64,000 nt of DNA from assembly GCA_938084645.1 (NCBI GenBank), contig CALKEP010000015.1, forward strand, positions 1 to 64,000, given 5' to 3'. The DNA comes from an uncultured Phycisphaerales bacterium (GTDB lineage: Bacteria > Planctomycetota > Phycisphaerae > Phycisphaerales > SM1A02). A model generated the notes under the pieces. The model was not told where the DNA came from. It was given only the letters and a program-made list of their open reading frames with translations, and made no database searches. Positions 46,847-55,789 of the stretch are shown one piece after another (position 1 is the stretch's first letter; the number at the start of each line of letters is the position of its first letter). The translations under genes were made by a program, and so were the position numbers.

Positions 46847-48120
46847 GGCGTGGTCTCCAACTCGGGGGTCTTGGCGTCGCCACCACGACGGGTCACACGA
46901 CCGGTCCGACGCTCCAGTTCCGCGACGACGTCATCCAACCCGACGCCCCGACTCGCGAGCGTGGTCATCGTGAAGTAGAGGAGATCGGCCGCCTCGTGGA
47001 TCGTCTCTTCGGTGGTGACCGCTTCCGCGAGTTCCCCCGCCTCCTCCACGAGCTTGGCGCGCAGGAGGTCCGCATCGGACGCGAGTCGCGCCGTGTACGA
47101 GCCCGCCGCCGACGCCTGAATCCGCTCGGTGATCCGATCGGCGATCGCGGGGACGCCCTGTCGATCGCCCCAGCATCCGAAGGTGCCCTCGTGGCAGAAC
47201 CCGACACCTCGCTGCCGGACCGTGAACCGGATCGCATCCCGGTCGCAGTCGAGGTCGACCCGAACCAGTTCCTGCTCCGCACCCGACGTCGCGCCCTTCT
47301 CCCAGAGCCCCCGGCGTCGCGACCAGTACACGCCACGACCCGTGTCGATCGCGCGACGGAGGCTGGCCGGGTTCGACCACGCCAGACCCATCGCCGCACC
47401 CGATTCGTCGCACACCACCGTCGGCCAGAGCCCGTCCGGACGGTCGCTTCGAAGCAGTCCGCCGATGATCTCCGCGGGATCGAGCCCACCTTCATAGAGC
47501 GCCCGTCCGACCTGAACGTCGACGCCGATGCGGTCGAGCGCCGCGATCTCCTCCACGGAACGCGTCCCACCCGCGGCCACCAGTCCTCGGTCACCGACCA
47601 GGCCTCGAAGACGGGTCGCACGTTCCAGGTCCAGCCCGGTGCCGGTCCCCTCGTTCTCGACGAACGTCGCGAGGAATCCGGAGACGAACGGTCGAAGTCG
47701 CTCGATCCTCGCCTCCACGGTGTCGCCGGTCCGCCGACGCCACCCTCGATCGACCACCTCCCCGTCCCAGGCATCCACCGCCGCGATCACGCGATCACGA
47801 GGAAGCGTCGACAGCAGTTCGGGGGTCGCAGCCGTGCCGATCACCACCTTGCTCGCCCCGGCATCGAGCCAACGCACCGCCGTCTCCCGGGTCCGGATGC
47901 CGCCGCCGACCCGGCACCGACCGAGGCGGCACAGCCGCTCGATGATCCCGGTGTTGTCGCCATCGCCGACCGCGGCGTCGAGGTCGACGATCGCGACCTC
48001 GCCGATCCGGGCGAAACGGTCCATGTGCACGAAGGGATCACCACCGTCGAGCAGGAACTCCCGTCCCTGACGCCACTGCACCGCACGCCCCTTTGAAATG
48101 TCGATCGATGGAATCAGCAT
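46843..48120 (-). CDS. hisAIE: Trifunctional fusion HisA-HisI-HisE
   Basis: HisA 'LIPSID..VDLDAA..VGGGIR'; HisI 'LWEKGATSG..DCDRD..FCH..C'; HisE 'SYTARL..KLVEEAGE..EAADLLY'. Start at 48120. Confidence 0.9.
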   Translation of the reverse strand: MLIPSIDISKGRAVQWRQGREFLLDGGDPFVHMDRFARIGEVAIVDLDAAVGDGDNTGIIERLCRLGRCRVGGGIRTRETAVRWLDAGASKVVIGTAATPELLSTLPRDRVIAAVDAWDGEVVDRGWRRRTGDTVEARIERLRPFVSGFLATFVENEGTGTGLDLERATRLRGLVGDRGLVAAGGTRSVEEIAALDRIGVDVQVGRALYEGGLDPAEIIGGLLRSDRPDGLWPTVVCDESGAAMGLAWSNPASLRRAIDTGRGVYWSRRRGLWEKGATSGAEQELVRVDLDCDRDAIRFTVRQRGVGFCHEGTFGCWGDRQGVPAIADRITERIQASAAGSYTARLASDADLLRAKLVEEAGELAEAVTTEETIHEAADLLYFTMTTLASRGVGLDDVVAELERRTGRVTRRGGDAKTPELETTP

Positions 48121-48872
48121 GTTCGAATCTCCGTTCCCGAGGCGAGGAGCGATCGCTTGAGATCGCCGATTCCCACCTGACCTTCGTGAAGCACACCTGC
48201 CGCGAGGGCGCCCGTGGCCCCCGACGCGAACGCCGCCGCGAAATCCCGCCACGAGGCGGCTCCGCCACTCGCCACCACCGGTACCGAGACCGCACGGGTG
48301 GTGGACCGGATCAGTTCCAGGTCGTATCCCGACCGCGTGCCGTCGCGATCGTGACTGGTGAGGAGGATCTCCCCCGCGCCGAGCTCGACCGCCCGAGTCG
48401 CCCAACCGACCGCATCGAGTCCGGTCCGACCACGTCCCGATCGGACGAGCAGTTCCCATCCCATCCGGCCGCGTCGGATCGCATCGATCGCGACCACCAC
48501 GCACTGTCGACCGAACCGATCGTGGAGCGCCTCGACGAGCTCGGGCCGCATCACCGCCGCCGTGTTCACGCTCACCTTGTCGGCACCCGCGTCGAGCAGG
48601 CGATTCGCCGTCTCGACGTCGCCGATTCCACCGCCCACCACGACCGGAACATCCACCACCGCCCGGATGCGCCGCACCAGCGCCGGCGTCGCGGATCGTC
48701 CTTCCGAGGTCGCGGACACGTCGAGCACCACGATCTCGTCGGCGCCGGCGTCCGCGTAGCGACCGGCGATCTCGACGGGATCCCCGATTTCACGAAGTCC
48801 CTGGAACCGGACGCCCTTGACGACCCGGCCGTCCCGGACATCGAGACAGGGAATGATCCTGTTCAGACGCAT
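48114..48872 (-). CDS. hisF: Imidazole glycerol phosphate synthase, cyclase subunit
   Basis: 'RIIPCLDVRDGRVVKG', 'GADKVSVNTAA', 'GAGEILLTS.DRDGT'. Confidence 0.96.
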   Translation of the reverse strand: MRLNRIIPCLDVRDGRVVKGVRFQGLREIGDPVEIAGRYADAGADEIVVLDVSATSEGRSATPALVRRIRAVVDVPVVVGGGIGDVETANRLLDAGADKVSVNTAAVMRPELVEALHDRFGRQCVVVAIDAIRRGRMGWELLVRSGRGRTGLDAVGWATRAVELGAGEILLTSHDRDGTRSGYDLELIRSTTRAVSVPVVASGGAASWRDFAAAFASGATGALAAGVLHEGQVGIGDLKRSLLASGTEIRTC

Positions 48873-49486
48873 GGCATCACCTCCGCTTCGAAGGCGGCTT
48901 CGGTCCACCGCGCCAGGATTCCGGCTCCGAACCGGCCCGAGATCTCGGGGTGGAACTGGCAGGCGATGGTTCGTCCCCGTTCGAGGCCCGCGACGAAATC
49001 TCCTTCGTCATCGCTCCAGGAGACCTTCCAATCTTCGGGCGCCGTGCGTAACGCGAATCCGTTCGCGAAATAGGCGTCCCCGGTCTCGAGCATGGGACCG
49101 CCCGACGCCCGGATCCGATTCCATCCCATCTGGGGTCGCACCGCCGCCGGTGGCATCGCTTCCACCTCCGCATCGATGACGCCGAGTCCGACGACACCCG
49201 GCGCTTCGGCGCTGCTTCGACACAGCATCTGCAGTCCGAGGCAGATCGCGAGGGTCGGCCGGTCACCGTCGTGACGATCGATGATGGCGCTTCGGAGGCC
49301 GTTTCGATCGATCGCGTCGATGCCCGCGGCGAAACTACCCACGCCGGGAAGCACGACGGCCGTCGCGGTCGCGATCACGTCTGGATCGACGCTCCGTGCG
49401 ACCGACAGACCCTGACGCCGGAACCCCGCTTCGATGGACGACATGTTCGCCACCCCGGTGTCCACGATGTGGATGCGTCGATCCAT
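48863..49486 (-). CDS. hisH: Imidazole glycerol phosphate synthase, glutaminase subunit
   Basis: 'LPGVGSF', 'ICLGLQ', 'MGWN', 'QFHPE'. Confidence 0.94.
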   Translation of the reverse strand: MDRRIHIVDTGVANMSSIEAGFRRQGLSVARSVDPDVIATATAVVLPGVGSFAAGIDAIDRNGLRSAIIDRHDGDRPTLAICLGLQMLCRSSAEAPGVVGLGVIDAEVEAMPPAAVRPQMGWNRIRASGGPMLETGDAYFANGFALRTAPEDWKVSWSDDEGDFVAGLERGRTIACQFHPEISGRFGAGILARWTEAAFEAEVMPCV

Positions 49487-50109
49487 CAGAGCACCCCCTT
49501 GGTGCTGGTCACCCGATCACAGGTTCGAATCGCGGCCCGAAAGGCGACCGCGAGCGACTTGAACGCCGATTCCATCTTGTGGTGATCGTTCCGACCTTCG
49601 AGCACCCGGACGTGAAGCGTGAACGGCGCGGTGAGTGCCAGCGTCTCGAGAAAGTGAGTCGCGTTCTCGCAGGCCAGGCCCCCGACCGAGGGACGGACGA
49701 GATCGAGTTCGATGTTCGCACTGGGACGCCGGACCAGATCGATCGCGGTCCGAGACAGCGACTCGTCCAGGGGAACGATCGCCCAACCGAACCGTTCGAT
49801 GCCCATGCGATCGCCGATCGCCTTCCCGATCAGGGTCGCGAGCACGATGGCGCAATCCTCGGCCACGTGGTGGTCGTCGACTTCGAGATCGCCCTCGCAT
49901 CGCAGTTCGATTCCGATCCCCGCGTGCACCGCGAAGGCGTTCAACAGGTGGTCGAGCATTCCGATGCCGGTCGCGATGTCCACCGTCGGTTCATCCGCGT
50001 CGAGATCGATCCGGCCGTCGATCCGGGTCTCCCTGGTGGCGCGACGAACGGTCGCGATCCGCGGCGGCACCGACGTCTCCCGCGAACACGTCTCGTTGAT
50101 CGTGGTCAT
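49486..50109 (-). CDS. hisB: Imidazoleglycerol-phosphate dehydratase
   Basis: 'RATRET', 'GDLEVDDHHVAED', 'NDHHKMESAFK', 'STKGVL'. Confidence 0.95.
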   Translation of the reverse strand: MTTINETCSRETSVPPRIATVRRATRETRIDGRIDLDADEPTVDIATGIGMLDHLLNAFAVHAGIGIELRCEGDLEVDDHHVAEDCAIVLATLIGKAIGDRMGIERFGWAIVPLDESLSRTAIDLVRRPSANIELDLVRPSVGGLACENATHFLETLALTAPFTLHVRVLEGRNDHHKMESAFKSLAVAFRAAIRTCDRVTSTKGVL

Positions 50110-51839
50110 GCCATCCCTCCTTCAATGAATCGCTGCATCGCGGGTCCCGGCCGAACCACTCGCGCCGCCCCGGCTCGATCGAGGATCTCATCGCCATCCG
50201 AATCGACCGAGACGCCGATGGGAACGAGTCCCGCGTCCTTCGCGGCCACCACGTCGTCAACCGTGTCGCCGACGAACCAGGCCCGCTCGATCCCCAGCGT
50301 GTCCATGGCCGAACGGATTCCCCGAGGCGACGGCTTCAATGGCGCATCCTCTCGGGCCACCACCACGTCGAAGAGTCCGGTCAGGCCGTGACGATCGAGG
50401 AACCAGATCGCTTCCGCTCGAGGGCGGCCGGTCACCAGGCCGATCGGCATTCGGTCCCGAAGCCGGCGCAGGAACGTGGGATCCACCAGCACCGACTCGA
50501 GTTCGCGAAGACCCGGCCGATCGCCCTCGCCGAGGTACCGGCGCTGGAACTCGCGGGTCACCGCGTCGGAATCGGCACCGATTCCGCTCCGCTGGATCAA
50601 CCTGCGCGTGAGCGCCCAGTCGTCGTTGGCGTCCCCGTGCGCCTTGATCGCCTCGATCGCACCATCCTCGACCACCGCACCGAACGCCTCCGCGGTCGTT
50701 CGGATCGCCACGCGGTACGAGCGGGACACGTCGGCAATCACGCCGTCGAGATCGAAGAGCATCGCTTCCGGTCGCAAGGCCGCGTCCATCGCCGCAAGCA
50801 CGCGATCGAGATCCGCGCGTGCGATGGGAACCGTGATGCGGATCCAGTCCTCGACGATCGACTCCCGAAAGGTCCGCACCGCGATTCCCGCCGACGCCAA
50901 CGCATCCGCCATCCATGGAGCGTCCGGCATCCTGACGAGAACGAAGTTGCCTTCGGAGTCGATCCGCTCGATGCCTCGCTGGTCGAGCCACTCGACCATT
51001 CGACTTCGATTGGCCCGGATGCGATCGACCCGCTTCCGCATGGCCGCTTCGGCCGACGGATCGGAGAGGAACCGGATCGCGGTGTCGATGGAGATCGAGG
51101 AGACCGGATAGGGCCCGCCCGACTCGCGAAGCCTCGACGCGATCGCGGGCGAAGACTCGACCCATCCGACCCGAAGCCCGGCGAGTGCCCAGGCCTTGCT
51201 GAGCGTTCGGATCAGCACGGTGTTGGGGAGATCTCGGATCACCTCGCCGGGATCGGACGTCGCGAATTCCGCATACGCCAGATCGATCACCAGAAGCGTG
51301 TCGGGAAGTTCCCTCCGAATCCGGCGGATCGCCTCGGCGGAAATCGTGAGGCCCGTCGGATTGTTCGGCGTGACGAGGGCGACGACGGCGGCGCCCCGGC
51401 CGGATTCGATGACCGCCTCGATCGGAAATCGACCTTTCATCCATGCCACCCGATCCACGCTCCCTCCACACTGGGCGGCGAAACGCTCGAACATCGGAAA
51501 CGTCGGATCGAGGAGGGTGATGCGATCGCCGGAAGCGAGTGCGTCGCGGCAGATCCGATCGATGGCGTCGTCGGCACCCGCGGTGACCAGGACGCGGTCC
51601 GGATCGATGCCGGACCGCGACGCGATCACGGACTCGAGGGAACGACGGTCGGGATACCTCGCAAGATCGATGCGGGACGCACCGAGCACGTCGGGTCCGG
51701 GGCAGTCGTCGGTCGAAGAACACTCGTTCGCGTCGAGGCGAAGGTCGATCGGACGTCCCGCCGCGTCGCGATCTGGTTCGATCGCGGAAGCGGATGGCAT
51801 CGTTGCGGCGACCGGCCTGATGGGTGTCGAGATGGTCAT
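50106..51839 (-). CDS. hisC: Histidinol-phosphate aminotransferase fused to a C-terminal HAD phosphatase
   Basis: 'LDANE', 'PNNPTG', 'DLAYAEF', 'RTLSKAWALAGLRVG', then HAD motifs 'FDLDGV', 'VTGR', 'KP', 'GDTVDD'. Confidence 0.9.
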   Translation of the reverse strand: MTISTPIRPVAATMPSASAIEPDRDAAGRPIDLRLDANECSSTDDCPGPDVLGASRIDLARYPDRRSLESVIASRSGIDPDRVLVTAGADDAIDRICRDALASGDRITLLDPTFPMFERFAAQCGGSVDRVAWMKGRFPIEAVIESGRGAAVVALVTPNNPTGLTISAEAIRRIRRELPDTLLVIDLAYAEFATSDPGEVIRDLPNTVLIRTLSKAWALAGLRVGWVESSPAIASRLRESGGPYPVSSISIDTAIRFLSDPSAEAAMRKRVDRIRANRSRMVEWLDQRGIERIDSEGNFVLVRMPDAPWMADALASAGIAVRTFRESIVEDWIRITVPIARADLDRVLAAMDAALRPEAMLFDLDGVIADVSRSYRVAIRTTAEAFGAVVEDGAIEAIKAHGDANDDWALTRRLIQRSGIGADSDAVTREFQRRYLGEGDRPGLRELESVLVDPTFLRRLRDRMPIGLVTGRPRAEAIWFLDRHGLTGLFDVVVAREDAPLKPSPRGIRSAMDTLGIERAWFVGDTVDDVVAAKDAGLVPIGVSVDSDGDEILDRAGAARVVRPGPAMQRFIEGGMA

Positions 51840-52762
51840 CGGATCACCTGCCTGGGTTCGCTGATGACCAGATCCGTTCCACCGGCTTCCCGGAGATCCA
51901 GCACGAGGGTGGCGATATCGGCACGCGGAACCGCGGAACGCACCGCGAATCCTCCACCCGCAAGTTGTGAAACGGTCGGCCTTCGCATGCAGGGAAGGAC
52001 CTCGAGCACCGCATCGAGACGGTCCTCCTCGACGTTCAACTCGACGAGGAGCCGGCTCCGAGCTTCAAGAACCGATTCGATCAGACTCGAAACACGATCG
52101 ATCAGACGACGTCGATCCGGATCCTCGGCGGCTTCGCGACTGGCGTAGAGGCGGGTCGAGGATTCCATGACGACGTCCACGACCCGCAGGCCGTTTGCTT
52201 CGAGGGTGGCGCCGGTCTGGACGACATCGACGACGACGTCCGCGTCTTCCGGAGGAAGCACTTCGGTGGTGCCCCAGCTTCGGACGGGGACGATCCGGAG
52301 CCCGCGATCACGGGCCCAGGCCGCCGCGAGGTTGGGCATCTCGCTGGCGACCCGGATCACGCCGGCGCGTTCGAGATCGAACCCGTCTGGTGCGGCGGTC
52401 ACGATTCGGACCGGGTCGAGACCGGTGTCGAGAATCTCGACGAGGTCGTCGCCGGCTTCCCGAACCCAGTCCGCGCCGACGAATCCAAGATCCCTCGACC
52501 CGTTCGAAAGCATCGAAACGATGGCGGGGGGCTTCATCAGCTTCGCGGCGACGCCCCGGATTCCCTCGATGCGGGGTCGATATCCCCGGCTCGTGGGACG
52601 CACTCGGAGGCCGGCATCCGCGAGCAGCGATTCGACCCCTCCCTGCATCCGACCCTTGGGGAGGCAGAGCCGAAGTCGGGTATCGGCTTCAGGTGAGTCG
52701 GCCGATCTCGGCCTGGAGGAGGAATCGATCGCAGAGGTGCGACGGGGTGTGAAGGTGGACAT
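51836..52762 (-). CDS. hisG: ATP phosphoribosyltransferase (long form)
   Basis: 'LPKGR', 'DLGFVGADW', 'GTTE', 'VVDVVQTGATLEANGL'; C-terminal regulatory domain 'PTVS'. Confidence 0.95.
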   Translation of the reverse strand: MSTFTPRRTSAIDSSSRPRSADSPEADTRLRLCLPKGRMQGGVESLLADAGLRVRPTSRGYRPRIEGIRGVAAKLMKPPAIVSMLSNGSRDLGFVGADWVREAGDDLVEILDTGLDPVRIVTAAPDGFDLERAGVIRVASEMPNLAAAWARDRGLRIVPVRSWGTTEVLPPEDADVVVDVVQTGATLEANGLRVVDVVMESSTRLYASREAAEDPDRRRLIDRVSSLIESVLEARSRLLVELNVEEDRLDAVLEVLPCMRRPTVSQLAGGGFAVRSAVPRADIATLVLDLREAGGTDLVISEPRQVIR

Positions 52763-52825
52763 GTGAATTCCCGGAAGTGGCCTGCGAAAGGCTCGGCTTC
52801 GTCGGGGTCACCATGCGACCACCTG

Positions 52826-52858
52826 AAAAACGACGCCGGCCTCGAAGGGCCGGCGTCG
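52826..52858 (-). terminator. Attenuator terminator of the his leader
   Basis: Minus strand CGACGCCGGCC-CTTCGA-GGCCGGCGTCG-TTTTT, lying between the leader ORF and hisG. Confidence 0.85.
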
Positions 52859-52892
52859 ATGATCGTCCTGCGTCACGCTGGTTCGATCCGTG

Positions 52893-52979
52893 TCACCGTC
52901 CCGTGGGCGAACCATGGGCATGCGAATGCTCGTGGACGAGCGGTGCATGAAGACGGTGATGGATGGTTTGAACTGGCAT
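52893..52979 (-). CDS. hisL: his operon leader peptide MPVQTIHHRLHAPLVHEHSHAHGSPTGR
   Basis: 29 codons from ATG to TGA; 7 His in 28 aa; directly upstream of a terminator and hisG. Confidence 0.82.
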   Translation of the reverse strand: MPVQTIHHRLHAPLVHEHSHAHGSPTGR

Positions 52980-52986
52980 GGGCAGA

Positions 52987-53016
52987 AGTATTGAGGAGGT
53001 CCTGCAGGTTCGTCAA
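52987..53016 (-). promoter_or_regulatory. Putative sigma70 promoter of the his leader
   Basis: TTGACG-N18-AATACT, with 7 nt between the -10 box and the leader ATG. Confidence 0.5.
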
Positions 53017-54620
53017 CCGACGGGGACGGATTCGGACACATTCGGAGATTCTTCCGAACGGCTCGCCTCGACCACGGGGGCGGGCTCCACGATTCCGTCC
53101 GGACTCGAGTCCGGGTCGACGCCCTTCGAAGCCTTCGAGACCAGGAACATCGCGAGGGTCGAGATGATCACCACCCCGATCAGGTTGAGCACGAAACCCT
53201 CCCGGACCATCCGATCGATGGGGACGTCCTCCGTCCCGTAGACCGCGGCGTTCGGGGCGGTCGCCACCGGAAGCATGAAGGCGCAGCTGGCACTCATCGC
53301 GGCGGGGGCCATGAGAATCACCGGATCGACCTCGAGGGCGAGCGCGGTCGCACCGAGAATCGGCATCAGCAGCGCCGTCAACGCGGTGTTGCTGGTGATC
53401 TCGGTCAGGAAGGTGGTGAGCAGGCACACGACCAGCACCATCAGCGGAATCGGAACGTTCTTCATGCCACCGAGGTTTCCCGCGATCACCTCGCTCAGCC
53501 CGGTCGACTTGAACGCCTGGGCCAGCGCGATGCCGCCCCCGAAGAGCAGGAGCACGCCCCATGGAATCGTCTTCGCATGCTCCCAGTCGAGGAGTCGACC
53601 TCCATCCCCGTCGGGAAACGCGAACAGGAGCACCACGACCAGCGCCGCCACCGTCGCGGACCCGGACACCCGGGCATCGAGCGCGCCACCGGTCGCCAGG
53701 CCCAGCAGGCCGGTCCAGCCCCCACCCTTCTCCCAGCCGATTCCGTCGAACCACTCGATGGGGAGTGCGGGGTACTTCTGGAAGATCCAGAGTCCGGCGG
53801 CGATCGCGAACATCACGATCACGCGACGCTGGCCGCGGCTCCAGGGTTCGCCCTCCGGCAGGTCGAAGGTCTCGTTTCCGCGGAGTCCTCGCGTCAGCCA
53901 CCACCACGCGATCGGCACGAAGACCACCACGACCGGGACGCCCGCCTTCATCCACTCGAGGAACCCGTAGGACCCGTCTCGAACCCCCAGCTTGTCGAAC
54001 GCCCCCATGAAGATGATGTTCGGAGGCGTGCCGATCGGCGTGCCGATGCCGCCGATGTTCGCCGCGTAGGCGATCCCGAGCAGGAGCGGAATGCCCATCT
54101 TCCGATCACTGGATCCCGCGATCACCGCGAGCGCGACCGGGAGCATCATCAGGGTCGTCGCCGTGTTCGATATCCACATCGACAGCGCCGCGGTCGCCAC
54201 CATGAAGCCGAGCACCACGCTCCGCCCACCGTGGCCACCGAGTCGCGCGACGCCCTTGACCACCCCGAGCGCGACCTTCCGATGCGTGCCCGTGCTCTCC
54301 ATCGCGCGACTCAGCATGAACCCGCCCATCAACAGCAGGATCAGACTGTCGCCGTAGGCGTTCGCAGTCGACTTGTGGTCCAGCAGGCCCAGAATCGGAA
54401 GGAATGCGAGGGGGATCAGACTCGTCGCCGGCACCGGAACCGGCTCGGTCACCCACCAGATCGCGCACCAGAGCGTCACGCCCGCGAGCATCGAGTCGTC
54501 GAGCTCGAGGCCGCTCGCCCGAAGCACGAACGCGAATGCGAAGGCGAGGATGGGGCCCGCGGGCAGCGCGATCCGCTTCACCATGGAAGCCGACTTCCTC
54601 GGTTCTTCAACGGACTCCAT
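53013..54620 (-). CDS. SLC13/DASS family Na+/dicarboxylate or sulfate symporter
   Basis: 'SMWISNTAT', 'GTPIGTPPN', 'TEITSNTA', 'AFMLPVATAPNA'. Start at 54620. Confidence 0.93.
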   Translation of the reverse strand: MESVEEPRKSASMVKRIALPAGPILAFAFAFVLRASGLELDDSMLAGVTLWCAIWWVTEPVPVPATSLIPLAFLPILGLLDHKSTANAYGDSLILLLMGGFMLSRAMESTGTHRKVALGVVKGVARLGGHGGRSVVLGFMVATAALSMWISNTATTLMMLPVALAVIAGSSDRKMGIPLLLGIAYAANIGGIGTPIGTPPNIIFMGAFDKLGVRDGSYGFLEWMKAGVPVVVVFVPIAWWWLTRGLRGNETFDLPEGEPWSRGQRRVIVMFAIAAGLWIFQKYPALPIEWFDGIGWEKGGGWTGLLGLATGGALDARVSGSATVAALVVVLLFAFPDGDGGRLLDWEHAKTIPWGVLLLFGGGIALAQAFKSTGLSEVIAGNLGGMKNVPIPLMVLVVCLLTTFLTEITSNTALTALLMPILGATALALEVDPVILMAPAAMSASCAFMLPVATAPNAAVYGTEDVPIDRMVREGFVLNLIGVVIISTLAMFLVSKASKGVDPDSSPDGIVEPAPVVEASRSEESPNVSESVPVG

Positions 54621-55743
54621 GTCTTGCTCCGGAGTGATTCGACGTCTCTCGCGGGGACGAATCGAGTGCGGCACGAAGCAACGGCTCGAACGCATCCGCC
54701 TGCCGTGCGAATCCCAGGTCGTTCGGATGCGATGAATCCACCGTGCCCTCGCCGTCGCCGCCGAGGAGCGCGTCGCCTTCGAGATAGAAGAGCCGATCGA
54801 ACCCCTCCGCCACGAGGGTCGCATGAGCCGTTCGCAGCGCGGATCGACTCTCGCGATTGCGACGAGCCTTCGCCGGATTGAAGATCGCGTCCGCGTAGGT
54901 CCGATCCTCCACCAGCACGATCGGAACCATCGGTCGGAGCGATCGAAGTCTTCGTACGAACGGCGCGGCCCTCGCCGCGACCTTCTTTCCGTCGAGGTTC
55001 GGCAGGCAATCGATGATGTAGACCGAGGCATCGATCTCCGCCATCAGATCGGCCATCTCCGGATCGAGCGTGCCGCTTCCGCTGAATCCGAGATTCACCA
55101 CCGGTAGGTCGATGCGTCGACCGAGAATCGCGACATGGGCCATGCCCGGCCGCGACGCGCATGCACCATGGGTGATGGACGTTCCGTAGAAGACCATCGG
55201 CCGAACACGTTCCACCGCGGGCTCGATGGAGGCATCCGCGGCGATGCCGATCTCGATCGATTCGACGCCGTTGTAGAGCGGGAGGTAGACGAGCCACTCC
55301 CGCGAAGCCGCGGGGAGACCGGAGACCAGCGTCCGCTCGTTCTCCCTCGCGGTCGGCCGGCCGTTGGCGACCCAACGCCAGATCGCACCCTCGGGCCGGT
55401 CCATTCGCACGTAGAGATCGACGCCGCTCACCCCGGTCGCCGGCATGTGGGGCATCGCGAGGCGATCGTTCGTGAGCCGCCAACGGGCCGCGATCGTGGA
55501 GGAATCCGACACGAACCGAATCGCGATCCCCGCCGAGTGCCGCGAGTTGCCCCAGACCGGCGGTCGGACGACCGACTCCGCCTTCGCCGGGAGTCGATCC
55601 CATGGCGACGCGCGGACGTCGAAGGCGCGTCCCTCGACGGTCAGCGAATCACCATCGACCCACCGCAGGTCGCCGGCGAACACCGACGTCGTCATGCAGA
55701 GGAACAGCCAGAGAAGGACCGGAACTTCGCATTGGATTCTCAT
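54607..55743 (-). CDS. SGNH/GDSL hydrolase with N-terminal accessory domain
   Basis: 'FYGTSITHG', 'NLGFSG', 'DSSHPNDLG'. Confidence 0.9.
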   Translation of the reverse strand: MRIQCEVPVLLWLFLCMTTSVFAGDLRWVDGDSLTVEGRAFDVRASPWDRLPAKAESVVRPPVWGNSRHSAGIAIRFVSDSSTIAARWRLTNDRLAMPHMPATGVSGVDLYVRMDRPEGAIWRWVANGRPTARENERTLVSGLPAASREWLVYLPLYNGVESIEIGIAADASIEPAVERVRPMVFYGTSITHGACASRPGMAHVAILGRRIDLPVVNLGFSGSGTLDPEMADLMAEIDASVYIIDCLPNLDGKKVAARAAPFVRRLRSLRPMVPIVLVEDRTYADAIFNPAKARRNRESRSALRTAHATLVAEGFDRLFYLEGDALLGGDGEGTVDSSHPNDLGFARQADAFEPLLRAALDSSPRETSNHSGARHGVR

Positions 55744-55789
55744 GGGTCGAATGCTCCGAAGGGACGTCGGGCGATGATAAGGTGGCTGG

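Noticed and set aside
52808..53041. 77-aa track ORF upstream of hisG
   Set aside because: It runs through the terminator and has no motif; the His-rich ORF in another frame explains the region.
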